From positions 1 to 55,521 of the forward strand of contig JBHLRS010000020.1 in assembly GCA_048882325.1 (NCBI GenBank): a stretch of 55,521 bases of DNA, in the 5' to 3' direction. The position numbers were made by a program, and so were the translations under genes. Position 1 is the first letter of the stretch, and every line of letters begins with the position of its first letter. The stretch is from Candidatus Thorarchaeota archaeon. GTDB taxonomy: Archaea; Asgardarchaeota; Thorarchaeia; Thorarchaeales; Thorarchaeaceae. Shown here piece after piece: positions 8,722 through 18,486 of this stretch. The notes below the pieces were generated by a model that was not told the origin of the DNA, ran no database searches, and saw only the letters and a program-made list of their open reading frames with translations.

Positions 8722-9789
8722 GTGGCTTTTGCCTGTGAATATTAAGGAGAGAATTCTACTTCTAGGGACAAGCATAGCAAAAGGGATTGATAATCCCAAT
8801 CCTAGCAAAAGTCGCAATGGCCAGAAGATAATCCATGCTGCATCATAAGCGGTCAAAGACCATCCAAAGATCATCATCAGAACTGGTGCAAGATAGAAAA
8901 AGACAGGATGGATCTCATAAATCACCTGCGAACTCTTTCCAAGAAACTGCATATCTCTACTAAGTAACGATGACTTGGACGAGCTTGACAGCATGAAGAT
9001 GAATATCGTTCCAGCTGTCGCATTGACGAGGAATAGCCATTCATTCGTACCAAACCAATCGTCAGCGAAACTTATGAATCCATTATACTGACTAGCCATC
9101 AGCATGAAGACAAGAAGAACAGCAAGAATTGCTCCATCTAGGACATTCGTTCCAGTTCGCCATGGTTTCAGACCTCTGAGCCGGGTCATCTCATGACCAA
9201 TGATGCAGAATGTTGTTGCAATCAGTATACTGTTTACTCGCCAGGGGACAAGTAATGGAGCAAAGGAGTTTGTTATCCAGAATGCTACTAGTGGGAGAAG
9301 TAAAACAAGCGGCCATCGCACTCTCGGGTCATATGAGTGTGTCACAGACTCAATTACTATGAACAACAATAGTCCGAAGTAGAGAACTGGGAGGAACCAT
9401 AGGTAGCTTGGCTGACCCGGTGGTCCAGAACCGTAGAGAAGCCAGAAAATTAACTCTGGAGGTGTCAGATAGGTGTCAACCGACCCAGTAAGAGGGATGA
9501 ACAGCAGGGTCATGATGATGTAGATTGAGAAGTATGGAATCAGCAGCTGACGGCCCCTCGAGGTAGCATAGTTCTTGAGGTTCTGTCGATGCTTGTCCCC
9601 ATTGTAAGTCATCCCCGCCAAGATGAAGAAAAGGACTATGGCAAAGCTAGCAAGAAATGAAACAGCTGACTCGAGGAACCAATCACCTCGCATCGGTATC
9701 ATGGAATGACACCAGACCACAGCGATTATTCCAGCCCCTTTTGCGATGTCAATCCACTCTAGCCTGTTGCTAGTGACTAGTTCTGACAG
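8677..9789 (-). CDS. acyltransferase family 3 (OafA-like) membrane protein
   Basis: RLEWIDIAKG (upstream of listed GTG), FFILAG, LLIPY, LWFLPVL motifs; start uncertain (CTG 9789 or GTG 9720). Confidence 0.85.
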   Translation of the reverse strand: MSELVTSNRLEWIDIAKGAGIIAVVWCHSMIPMRGDWFLESAVSFLASFAIVLFFILAGMTYNGDKHRQNLKNYATSRGRQLLIPYFSIYIIMTLLFIPLTGSVDTYLTPPELIFWLLYGSGPPGQPSYLWFLPVLYFGLLLFIVIESVTHSYDPRVRWPLVLLLPLVAFWITNSFAPLLVPWRVNSILIATTFCIIGHEMTRLRGLKPWRTGTNVLDGAILAVLLVFMLMASQYNGFISFADDWFGTNEWLFLVNATAGTIFIFMLSSSSKSSLLSRDMQFLGKSSQVIYEIHPVFFYLAPVLMMIFGWSLTAYDAAWIIFWPLRLLLGLGLSIPFAMLVPRSRILSLIFTGKSHSKTRSFTDTENSEG

Positions 9790-9911
9790 GTCATTGCAGC
9801 TCCTTTTTGACTCGCATAGAAAGATGAGTAATGATTCATACCTCTTGTCGGCCTTTTAACGCTCACCGTTATGATCGGACTATCATAACAGTTCCTTCTT
9901 CTTTCCAGAAC

Positions 9912-10580
9912 TCATCTAGCATTGATATCGCTATCAATTATCTCAATTAGGTCACCGAATAGACTCGAATCAGTGAAGAACGCACCCATCATACCAATGA
10001 ATCGAGTTGTGTCATCCATCCAGCTAATATCCATTCCACTAAGGATAGCTGTTAATTTCTCAGATTCCTCACTTCTCCTGAATAGCTGTCTTACAGTTTT
10101 GTCCCAAAGTTCAAAGAATCTCTCCAGTAGTTTCTTGATTTGAGATTGCTCTGTTCCTGTAACGTGGAAGAACTCTATGATCAATTGTGACAATTGAGTC
10201 AGGTACTCCTGTCCAGTTTTTGAGAGCCACCATTTTGATGTCACAACACTTTCTTGGGGAAAGAAAACTTCTGCAGTGCAACTGTATAATTTCTCTGTCT
10301 GTCGACTGCCTTTGTATTTCCTATATCCTACAACTTTCACTAGTTCTGATTTTTCTAGGATGTCTAAGTCCCTATATAGAGTCTTCAATGCTCTACTGTA
10401 GGAGGGCTTTTCTGGGCTAACCAGAAAATGTCGATGAATCTCTTTCACTGTCAGATACTTGCAGCAAAGTGCTCGGATTATTTCAATATGGGTATTCATC
10501 AATGTATACTGATCATTATCTAGCAATTTCACTCGAGCAGGTTTCTCTCCAATCGTATCTTCATAATCAGGAGTTTCCAT
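9912..10580 (-). CDS. winged helix-turn-helix transcriptional regulator
   Basis: LTVKEI...KTLYRDLDILEKSELVKVVG...TEKLYS wHTH pattern. Confidence 0.75.
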   Translation of the reverse strand: METPDYEDTIGEKPARVKLLDNDQYTLMNTHIEIIRALCCKYLTVKEIHRHFLVSPEKPSYSRALKTLYRDLDILEKSELVKVVGYRKYKGSRQTEKLYSCTAEVFFPQESVVTSKWWLSKTGQEYLTQLSQLIIEFFHVTGTEQSQIKKLLERFFELWDKTVRQLFRRSEESEKLTAILSGMDISWMDDTTRFIGMMGAFFTDSSLFGDLIEIIDSDINAR

Positions 10581-10710
10581 TTAATCACCACACTTTATGA
10601 ATTATATAAAGTGTAAATTCAAGATTGGTCATTGTTGGTCATATGAATTTGAAGCTTCGTTAAAGTGTTCTATTAGGGTGATGAAAGGATTTATATAAAC
10701 ATTCTCTTAA

Positions 10711-10743
10711 TATTAGAACAGTTCTCCATATATTAGAACAGTT
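10711..10743. promoter_or_regulatory. tandem operator-like repeat
   Basis: TATTAGAACAGTT twice at 20-bp spacing (10711, 10731), first containing palindrome AGAAC-A-GTTCT, just downstream of TTTATATAAA box. Confidence 0.55.
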
Positions 10744-10748
10744 GAGGT

Positions 10749-10973
10749 ATGAATATGCGGAACCAAACTAATGCATTCGACTATGCCAGGATTATTGAAC
10801 AGATAGAAGAGATACTCAGATCAAATGGTCTAAGCTTGCAAGATTTTCTGCACCGCATGAGATCTGAAACAAATGCAGGAAACGAATGTTGTCCTGGGAC
10901 GAAAGAAACGTTTTGTTGTCATAATGATGGGCAGCTATTCGGCAACTTTGATGAATTTGATTGGGAAACATAG
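10749..10973 (+). CDS. small Cys-containing hypothetical protein
   Basis: GAGGT RBS-like before ATG; 74 aa with two CC motifs. Confidence 0.6.
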   Translation: MNMRNQTNAFDYARIIEQIEEILRSNGLSLQDFLHRMRSETNAGNECCPGTKETFCCHNDGQLFGNFDEFDWET

Positions 10974-11006
10974 ACATCTATCAACTTGTAGAAGGATGGG
11001 TTTTGG

Positions 11007-11726
11007 GTGTTGCGTGAGTTCGAGCAAGAAAGTGCTGCTCCTATTACTATCCGCAAAGAGTTGAAGACCAACCTGTCTGATAGACAAAGTCCATTCCTAC
11101 TAGTTGAACTCATTGTAGTTGCGATGGTTCTTTTTTTGCTATCTGTTACTGGAGGGGGGATTGCATTTGTTGTTCCAATTGCCTATATTCTATTGGACAC
11201 AGCAAGACGAGGACGAACATGGCAGGAATTGGGCCTAAGACAAAGAACCTTCACTAAGGACCTCTACAATAATGCAGGTTTGGTAATTCTAAGCTTTGCT
11301 GGGATTCAAAGTTTAATAGTCTGGGGCGGGTGGTTACTCCTTCCCTCATATCTCGACTATGTACTGATACATCGAGCTTGGTCAGTTCAGTTTGACTTTG
11401 GATCATTCATTCTTATACTGTTCTCAATACCTCTAACCACGATGCTTGAAGAAGTGATATTTCGAGGTCTTTTTCAAGAAAGGCTCAGCTGGTTCTTCGG
11501 ACAAGGAGTATCTTTGTTCATCGCATCATTGCTGTTTGCTGCAATTCATTGGACCCCAAATGACTCAATAATTGTCCTAATCGACTTGATTGCAATAGCC
11601 GCGGGTGGTCTTGTGTATGGAGTGATATACATGCGGTGTAAGAATATCTACATTTCATGGTGCGCGCACATGTTATCCGATCTGTATGGATTATTACTCC
11701 TGTTTCTTATCTTCAATCTCTTGTGA
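11007..11726 (+). CDS. CPBP family intramembrane glutamic endopeptidase (type II CAAX protease/Abi)
   Basis: EEVIFRG, FAAIH and H-x3-D (AHMLSD) motifs in TM protein. Confidence 0.9.
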   Translation: MLREFEQESAAPITIRKELKTNLSDRQSPFLLVELIVVAMVLFLLSVTGGGIAFVVPIAYILLDTARRGRTWQELGLRQRTFTKDLYNNAGLVILSFAGIQSLIVWGGWLLLPSYLDYVLIHRAWSVQFDFGSFILILFSIPLTTMLEEVIFRGLFQERLSWFFGQGVSLFIASLLFAAIHWTPNDSIIVLIDLIAIAAGGLVYGVIYMRCKNIYISWCAHMLSDLYGLLLLFLIFNLL

Positions 11727-11816
11727 TTTTTTGGAGGAAAAATGAAAATTGTATGCTGAGATGCAAATAATTAATCTTAATTAATACAAAAAAACGATTT
11801 AGGAGGACTACGGAAT

Positions 11817-13439
11817 TTGCAGAAAGTTTGGTACCATATTGCCAAGTATGAATTCTTAGTACTAACCTCTAGATTCCGTCATAGACGTAAACTCGTTTCC
11901 TTTGCACTCCTATCGATTGGCATAGTCTGGGCGCTGTTTTTAGCCCCATTTACATTTTCACTGATTAACAATCTTACAGGTGGTGATTTCGACCTTTATA
12001 TAATAAATCGACTTCCTGGACTAGTACGTCTATTATTCTTCAATCTCTGGCTGATTATACTCCTCTCTCCGCTAACTTATGCACTTGAAGAGGTTAAGAT
12101 TGGTCAGTGGGAGATTATGCTTAGCAACAATGTCAAAACGAAGGACATCATGCTAGGAACTTTTGTAAGTAGACTTCCTATTCACGGACTAACAGTATTG
12201 TTTCTTACTCCTGTGTTTGTTACACCTTTCACTTTAATCTACAAAGTTTCAATCCTAGGGCAGGTCGTGATTTATTGTATCTTGTTTCTATTCTACATCA
12301 CTACTATATGGACCTCTAATTTCCTAAACACCTCTTTACAATCAAAACTTGGAAGGACTTCTCGTGGAAGTGATTTTGCAAAAGCGCTCTCAGCAATCAT
12401 AGGATTTGTGATGATTCTCCCTCCTGCTATAGTTGTCTTTCTCTCTAATCCACTATCAGTTTTTATTGGCAACAATGTTTTTGCTATATTTCCATTTTCT
12501 TGGGTAGCTGATTTGATAACATGGATCATCGTTAACTTCAATGGTATCAATCTGGCTCCATCAATCATGTATACTTACATCTCAGCTCTGACCTTCACAT
12601 CGACCATTTACATATCATTGATGGTAGTTTTCTTCATAGGAATAATAGGATTGACCTACCTCACTGCAGACAGAGTTTTCTCAATTGCACCTAGTGTCCA
12701 ATCGGAGCGAGTTATAACAGTTGGAGAGGAGAATATCATTTTGCGAGGAATCAGAAGATGGTTCCCCACCCCTCTCAATATTCTCGTTGTTACAGCAATG
12801 AAAGATTTTGGGAGGAAAGCAAGGAACATTGCGAGTCTCATTAGTGGTGTGATCTTAGCAATTTTCTTTCCTCTATTCTTCAACTTTGCAGGTATTCCAG
12901 CTGAATACTTGCCCTTTCTAGCTATGTGGACCTCATCTATGATGCTTGCTCTCACAAGTGGACTGACTTTTGGGGGTCTCGCAATACTAGAATCAAAGGA
13001 TCAGCTATGGATGATCAAGAGTGCTGCAAATGGTGTTAGCAAGTTTGTCAAATCAAGGATAATAGAATCGACAATCTATGGGTTACCTATGGCGATAATT
13101 ACCTCCCTACTAGTCGCATATATGTTGAGTCTTCCTCTACTTAATACACTGCTCCTACTTTTGAATAACTCATTCACTGTAGCTGGAGTCATATTAGTTT
13201 GCATTGGTGTTACAACAAACAACCCTAATTACGAGGATTCCAAGAGCAAGGTCTTCAAGGATAACACTGGTGTCACAATGATAGTTATCATCTTTATCAG
13301 TCAAGCATCTTCAATAATTGGTTTCATCACGCAATTTAGTAGCATCATACTAATTGTGGTGTGCCAAACGCTTCTCTATATCACAGTTGGAGTTTTCCTT
13401 CTTAATACAGGTAAACGCAGACTAGCAAGCCTTGAGTGA
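11817..13439 (+). CDS. multi-pass membrane protein, ABC-2 permease-like
   Basis: About 12 hydrophobic segments in two repeats; no ATPase adjacent. Confidence 0.7.
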   Translation: MQKVWYHIAKYEFLVLTSRFRHRRKLVSFALLSIGIVWALFLAPFTFSLINNLTGGDFDLYIINRLPGLVRLLFFNLWLIILLSPLTYALEEVKIGQWEIMLSNNVKTKDIMLGTFVSRLPIHGLTVLFLTPVFVTPFTLIYKVSILGQVVIYCILFLFYITTIWTSNFLNTSLQSKLGRTSRGSDFAKALSAIIGFVMILPPAIVVFLSNPLSVFIGNNVFAIFPFSWVADLITWIIVNFNGINLAPSIMYTYISALTFTSTIYISLMVVFFIGIIGLTYLTADRVFSIAPSVQSERVITVGEENIILRGIRRWFPTPLNILVVTAMKDFGRKARNIASLISGVILAIFFPLFFNFAGIPAEYLPFLAMWTSSMMLALTSGLTFGGLAILESKDQLWMIKSAANGVSKFVKSRIIESTIYGLPMAIITSLLVAYMLSLPLLNTLLLLLNNSFTVAGVILVCIGVTTNNPNYEDSKSKVFKDNTGVTMIVIIFISQASSIIGFITQFSSIILIVVCQTLLYITVGVFLLNTGKRRLASLE

Positions 13440-13445
13440 TGGTAT

Positions 13446-13544
13446 CTATGTCTTCATGAATTTCAGTATCTCAAGGGCTTGGTCCGCCCATTCCAATCGA
13501 GCCTTTGTGATATACTGACCAAACTGAACTGTGAGTAGACAAGA
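13446..13544 (-). pseudogene. C-terminal remnant of a PadR-family regulator
   Basis: Reads LLTVQFGQYITKARLEWADQALEILK*, resembling the PadR C-terminal helix; in-frame stop shortly upstream and no N-terminal wHTH. Confidence 0.4.
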
Positions 13545-13756
13545 TGTAAAGGTAAACGGAATCCGGTGACCAGACAACTCTCCTGTTTCCCACTATTGTG
13601 ATTTCCCTTTGGTTATCTATGAATGACAGGTATGATTGATACTTGCTACAGTGTCACACATCATATCTCATGCGCTAAGGGTGTTTCTTTCCTGCTGCAA
13701 AACCAATCAGTCAATTGGTAAGCTTTAAAACAATCACAGATACGAAGACCTTCGAA

Positions 13757-13894
13757 GCGCTCGTTGTCTAAAAGGTATCAGTTTCTGGTGTCTTGACTAA
13801 GGGGCTATGATGGATCCCTGCCACAGTGCGGGGGTTTATCCCTCGGAGCCGTAGAACGGATCCGGCCCGGGTTCGAATCCCGGCGAGCGCACCA
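13757..13894 (+). tRNA. tRNA-Gly(GCC) with two introns (13771-13800 in D-loop; 13824-13856 at canonical 37/38)
   Basis: Acceptor GCGCTCG/CGAGCGC-A-CCA, T-arm CCGGG-TTCGAAT-CCCGG; removing both hairpin-forming inserts restores GATCC-CTGCCAC-GGATC anticodon arm. Confidence 0.9.
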
Positions 13895-13986
13895 TCTTCA
13901 ATTTTGACTTAGGTTGTGCAGAGGAACAATAGCTTAAGTATAAATCAGATGAGTGAGTAGTATCCAAGTAGGGAGATGATGCAAAG

Positions 13987-14226
13987 TTGATGAATAAGTT
14001 ACAAGACCTCATGAATGCCAAAATCCCAATACAGTTGGTTGTGGATTCAGTCACGGACAGAGCACACCATAAGGTAGTGAAGGGGATTATCAAGAATGTG
14101 AGCAGGAACTTTGTTGAGGTTGGCCGAACTGCTACAGGTGATGAGAAATCCCATTTGAATAGTGATGAAGTGAGAGTCATAATCCCGATTGAAAAGATTG
14201 CTGAGGTCATCTACGGTGTCAAGTAG
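13987..14226 (+). CDS. small hypothetical protein (possible Sm/SH3-like beta barrel)
   Basis: Beta-rich pattern VKGIIKNV...FVEV...VIIPIEKIAEV. Confidence 0.65.
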   Translation: MMNKLQDLMNAKIPIQLVVDSVTDRAHHKVVKGIIKNVSRNFVEVGRTATGDEKSHLNSDEVRVIIPIEKIAEVIYGVK

Positions 14227-14241
14227 ATAGAGAATTGATTC

Positions 14242-15213
14242 TCATCTTGATGTTCCATAGGTTTTGGTCGCATTTTCCCAGTATAATTTCCGAAGGACAC
14301 TGGAAGGTAGATTAAGCCCATTGACAAAGGTGCCTCCCGAGTCCTTTGTGTCAGCATCCTCAAATGGAAGAGGTTCCTCACGAACATCAGTTTCCCACAA
14401 CATCCTTTGAGCTGAGTACCTCCCATCGAAGTAATTCATATCGCCGCGATTAGCTGAAAGATCTGTGCCAAATAAAATCCTGTCAGAGTACTTCATCAGG
14501 AAGTCCCGAGCCTTCTTTACATCTTTACTCAGTTCCCGAGCCATCCAGCGCGAGGATGCTGTGTCGAGAATGACATTAGGAAATCTCTTCAACCAGCTTG
14601 CAAGGTTTGGGAGTCTATGTATCTCAGGCTGCGCTCCGAAGTGTGGAATCTGAAACTTCACCTTAGGATGTCGTTCTAGAACGGTTTCCAGCTGGCTCAG
14701 ATTATCCTCCTTTGAGCCATACTTGGAAATATCCTGATAGTGCAACTCAAAGTAGGTATCAGGGTCTGCAACATGAATGATGAGTGGAAGGTCATTGTCA
14801 ACAAGAGCCTGAAACACTGGATCGAGCTTTGGACTGTCAATCCTAAATCCAGCGGGAACATCCTCGATGTAGTCCCGCCACCGAGGGCCAAACCATGTCT
14901 TGGCAAGGGAATACCCGTCATCTTTTGTACATGCTATGTCATCAATGACCGGGTCGATGTTGTAGTGTGCGATGTCTGTGAGTGACAGGTACTTTGCAAA
15001 TACAAACCTCTCAGGGTATCGTTCCTTAGCAGCCTCAAAACCATCCTTTGAGTGGACTATCCCTAACTGCGCGACAACACCAAACTGATCCTCGATTTTT
15101 AGCATCTTTTCAGTTACGTCAATCTCTCCGATATGCGTGTGCGCATCAAAGACGGGACCGTTGTACTTCCACGCTTCTGTCAAAATACACCAAACAGCGA
15201 GAATATCACACAT
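14242..15213 (-). CDS. amidohydrolase family protein
   Basis: FDAHTH, IIHVAD, IPHFG, ILFGTD metal-binding motifs. Confidence 0.9.
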   Translation of the reverse strand: MCDILAVWCILTEAWKYNGPVFDAHTHIGEIDVTEKMLKIEDQFGVVAQLGIVHSKDGFEAAKERYPERFVFAKYLSLTDIAHYNIDPVIDDIACTKDDGYSLAKTWFGPRWRDYIEDVPAGFRIDSPKLDPVFQALVDNDLPLIIHVADPDTYFELHYQDISKYGSKEDNLSQLETVLERHPKVKFQIPHFGAQPEIHRLPNLASWLKRFPNVILDTASSRWMARELSKDVKKARDFLMKYSDRILFGTDLSANRGDMNYFDGRYSAQRMLWETDVREEPLPFEDADTKDSGGTFVNGLNLPSSVLRKLYWENATKTYGTSR

Positions 15214-15312
15214 TGAAAAGCCATTCTGTATATGTCGCTTTGGCCTAATTCATGCTCTGATGCACATCTTATTTTGAAGATTCTCAACAATCGAGGATGA
15301 GGAGAGAATTCT

Positions 15313-15879
15313 TTGAGAGTAGTGGTGCTTCACGGTAGTCCAAGAAGAGGCGGCAACTCAGACACACTTGCAGAACACTTTGTGGAAGGAGTCAGACAGA
15401 CAGGAGATGTTGAGATCTTTGACTTCATCCTGAACGATATGAACATCAAGCCGTGTCAGGGGTGTGAGTCATGTTCTACATCAGATGGACGCATGTGTGT
15501 GATTAACGATGACATGCATCAAATTTACTCTGTCTTCGGAGATGCGAACATCGTTGTCTGGGCAACACCAATGTATTGGGGTTACATGACCGCACAGATG
15601 AAGATAGCCCTAGACAGGATGGAAGCCTTAGCAATGGACCCAGAGAAATACTGGGTCGACAAGGAGTTTGTCGCAATCATCACTTATCGCCACCACTATC
15701 AGTCGACTATCGGGTTCTTTGAGCGGGTCCAGGACTACTTTCGATTCAAGTTTAGTTCCTTGTTGTACTGCTCCAAGAATGAGGAAGGACCTGAAGACTT
15801 TCATGTGTCGACAAGTCAAGACAAATTGGATGAAGCAAGTAGTCTAGGAAGAGCGATAGGTGTAAAGATAATTGAGTGA
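15313..15879 (+). CDS. iron-sulfur flavoprotein / NADPH-dependent FMN reductase family
   Basis: GSPRRGGNS, CQGCESC...C, ATPMYWG, MKIALDR. Confidence 0.9.
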   Translation: MRVVVLHGSPRRGGNSDTLAEHFVEGVRQTGDVEIFDFILNDMNIKPCQGCESCSTSDGRMCVINDDMHQIYSVFGDANIVVWATPMYWGYMTAQMKIALDRMEALAMDPEKYWVDKEFVAIITYRHHYQSTIGFFERVQDYFRFKFSSLLYCSKNEEGPEDFHVSTSQDKLDEASSLGRAIGVKIIE

Positions 15880-15943
15880 ACTATTACACTCAGAATCTCC
15901 ATTTCTGAAGAGTTTTTAGACAAGATTTGAAGTTGGTTACGAG

Positions 15944-16792
15944 ATGAATGAATTGTCAAAGAACTCGGTAGCTCTAGTAAAGTACAAAGACAGTGTGAAA
16001 CAGGCTATTGAAGAAGGACTTTCACATATTGGAGGATTTGGTCTTCTTGAGTCACCGGTTCTGATCAAGCCAAATATCTGCACAATCTCAGATGGTACGG
16101 GATACTCAGTCACACGTGTTGAGACTGTAAAGGCACTAACAGAGATCCTCCTAGAAACCGATGAAAACTTGTCAATCAGGATCATCGAGTCAGACAGTCA
16201 GAGCAAGTTCGCTGAAGACGCGTTCCAGAAATTCGGGTATACTAAGCTCTGTAGTGATATGAGGACATCAGGTTTTGATGTCAGTACTGTGGATTTGAGT
16301 AAGGCACCCAAGATATCGTTGAGTTTTCTAGGGGACTACTTCGAGAACCCCGAATTACCCGAGATTCTTTTTGGAGCAGGATACTTCATCTCGGTGGCCA
16401 TCCCGAAGACTCACTATCTTTCATTTGTCACTGGGGTTTTGAAGAATCTCTTTGGAGTCCTTCCAAGAAAAGACCAAGCCTTCTATCATTCAAGAATAAA
16501 CGAAGTGATTTCGGATCTTGCAAGAATAATTAGACCGCAACTGAGCATTGTAGATGCGAGAGTGGGGGTTGAGGGATGGAATGGTCCTAAAACAAGAAAC
16601 ATTGATGCATTCATTGTTGGTCACTCTCCAGTGTCTGTGGACTCAACAATGGCGCGCATAATGGGTTTTGAACCTGAACAGATTCACCACATCATGACTA
16701 CATACGACTATGATCTTGGTACGATTCAGCCCGACATTCTCGGGGATTCTATCGATTCAATTGCAGTCAAGTTCAATCCACCGAATCTATAG
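15944..16792 (+). CDS. DUF362 domain protein
   Basis: VLIKPN, ESD, PKTH, TGVLKNLFG, PVSVD motifs. Confidence 0.85.
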   Translation: MNELSKNSVALVKYKDSVKQAIEEGLSHIGGFGLLESPVLIKPNICTISDGTGYSVTRVETVKALTEILLETDENLSIRIIESDSQSKFAEDAFQKFGYTKLCSDMRTSGFDVSTVDLSKAPKISLSFLGDYFENPELPEILFGAGYFISVAIPKTHYLSFVTGVLKNLFGVLPRKDQAFYHSRINEVISDLARIIRPQLSIVDARVGVEGWNGPKTRNIDAFIVGHSPVSVDSTMARIMGFEPEQIHHIMTTYDYDLGTIQPDILGDSIDSIAVKFNPPNL

Positions 16793-16841
16793 AGAAACTA
16801 TGTTTCGTATGCATAGTCTTGAAAAGCAAGAGTTTGAAGGA

Positions 16842-17261
16842 ATGAATATGCAACGAGTACTCTTTCTCTGCACCGGTAATTCTGCGAGAAGTCAGATGTC
16901 AGAAGCACTTCTCAAACATCATGGTGGCGAGGATTTCGAAGTCTTTAGCGCAGGAACAAAACCACAATCCGAAGTTAACCCAATTGCTCTCGAAGTTTTG
17001 AGTGAGAGAGGTATTCCAACAGACGAACTTTATACGAAACTGGTCAACGATTTTGTGGATTGCAAGTTTGACCTAGTAGTGACTGTTTGTGATAAAGCCA
17101 AACAATCTTGCCCACACTTTCCTAGAGCCAGAAGAATGGACCACTGGCCGCTTGAAGACCCAGCAGCAGCAGAGGGGACTTACGAAGAGGTTCTCATTGT
17201 CTTCCGAGAAACTCGAGATGAGATTGAGAGACGTATCAAAGAGCTCATTCTGAAGTCATAA
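16842..17261 (+). CDS. arsC: arsenate reductase ArsC (LMW-PTP family)
   Basis: LFLCTGNSARSQMSEA, SAGT, VTVCD...CP, HWPLEDP; start set at ATG 16842. Confidence 0.9.
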   Translation: MNMQRVLFLCTGNSARSQMSEALLKHHGGEDFEVFSAGTKPQSEVNPIALEVLSERGIPTDELYTKLVNDFVDCKFDLVVTVCDKAKQSCPHFPRARRMDHWPLEDPAAAEGTYEEVLIVFRETRDEIERRIKELILKS

Positions 17262-17276
17262 GCAGTATTTGCAGTT

Positions 17277-18371
17277 CTAGAATAGAGTCTTTAGAAGATG
17301 GGAAGATCTTAGGTCGCGTGGGTCAAGTTTGACTGCTCTATCAACCGCATCACGCGCTTCTTCGATTAGGTTTTGCTTGAGTAGAGCAATTCCTAGATCG
17401 CACCAAGCAGAAGAGAGTTCGGGATTGACTTGAACTGCTTTACGTAGTGCGCTCTCGGCCTCATTATACTTGCTTTGAGCAATCAAGCATTTGCCTAGAG
17501 TATGCCAAAATCCTGCGTAGTCTGGAGATTCGCTCGCCAAGGTTCTGAATTTTCGTTCCGCCTCTGGCATACTTCCATGTCCACTTATTGTAAATTCAAT
17601 CATGATTCGAGCTCTTTTGTCCACATGGCTTAATGCTGCTCTAATGTCTGTAAGGTCTATGAGTCCCCTCCTTTCGAGATGAGCACCGAGATGCGTTATT
17701 GCATATTCAGTTGTTGGTTCTATCTCAACTGCCTTCTCAAATGCATTGATGGACTCATCTAACTGATCTTGATTGAGTAATATGATTCCCAGCTTGACCC
17801 AGACCTTGTAAGCACGCGGATTGAATTGAATGGATTTTCGATAGGCCTCAGAGGCTTCTTCGTCTCGCTGTTTGTCATGCAGGTAATCACCGAGTTCCTC
17901 CCAATAATGAGAATCATCAGGACAGATTCTAGTAGTTTCGTTAAATGCCCTCTCTGCAAGCTCGTCTAGGTCTAGGTTCAACGACAGTCGAGCTATATTC
18001 CGCCATGATAAAAGGTCATCTGGATTCCTCATGACCGCTTCCTGAAGGACCATGATAGCATCATCATCTAGATCCTCTGCCATCAGGAATGTACCAAGTT
18101 GTCGTAATGGTTCAGAACTCTGAGGATTTGCTTCCGCGGCTTCTCTCAACGTTGTTTTAGCTTTTTCTTTGAAACCTTGATTGTAAAGAAAGACTGCATA
18201 GGAGGTTAAACCTGCCTCAAATTCGGGATAGGTGGTCACTAGCTTCTGATAAGATGCTTCGGCTGCCGAATGCTTGCCTTGTGTTTCCTGTGAAATAGCT
18301 TGAGACAGGAGTTTGAATGCCCTTTCGTTCCTGATCCAGTGCCTAATCCTTTGAATCACCTTAATTCTCAC
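17277..18371 (-). CDS. tetratricopeptide repeat protein
   Basis: Multiple TPR units (W..LG..L......EA...Y.KA....P). Confidence 0.9.
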   Translation of the reverse strand: MRIKVIQRIRHWIRNERAFKLLSQAISQETQGKHSAAEASYQKLVTTYPEFEAGLTSYAVFLYNQGFKEKAKTTLREAAEANPQSSEPLRQLGTFLMAEDLDDDAIMVLQEAVMRNPDDLLSWRNIARLSLNLDLDELAERAFNETTRICPDDSHYWEELGDYLHDKQRDEEASEAYRKSIQFNPRAYKVWVKLGIILLNQDQLDESINAFEKAVEIEPTTEYAITHLGAHLERRGLIDLTDIRAALSHVDKRARIMIEFTISGHGSMPEAERKFRTLASESPDYAGFWHTLGKCLIAQSKYNEAESALRKAVQVNPELSSAWCDLGIALLKQNLIEEARDAVDRAVKLDPRDLRSSHLLKTLF

Positions 18372-18486
18372 TGGACTGTCTGATTGTGAGCTTATAGGTT
18401 ATTGCTACTACCAATTCAACAAACTCGTCAATAATTATGTTGATTTCGATTTTGAGCACGTTGTGCCAGTTTGTAAGTTATGGAAT

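Noticed and set aside
11007-11726. Functional link between the CPBP 'CAAX protease' and the CITF-ending proteins
   Set aside because: CPBP proteins are widespread in prokaryotes without prenylation, and the genes are in separate, unlinked units.
13836-14210. Minus-strand ORF running antisense into tRNA-Gly(GCC), superficially like the cassette genes
   Set aside because: It is the shadow of the plus-strand gene 13987-14226, and no tRNA-Gly 3'-end repeat was found downstream.
16710-16841. N-terminal extension of ArsC overlapping the DUF362 gene
   Set aside because: The ArsC domain starts at MNMQRVLFLC; the extension is an artefact of longest-ORF calling.
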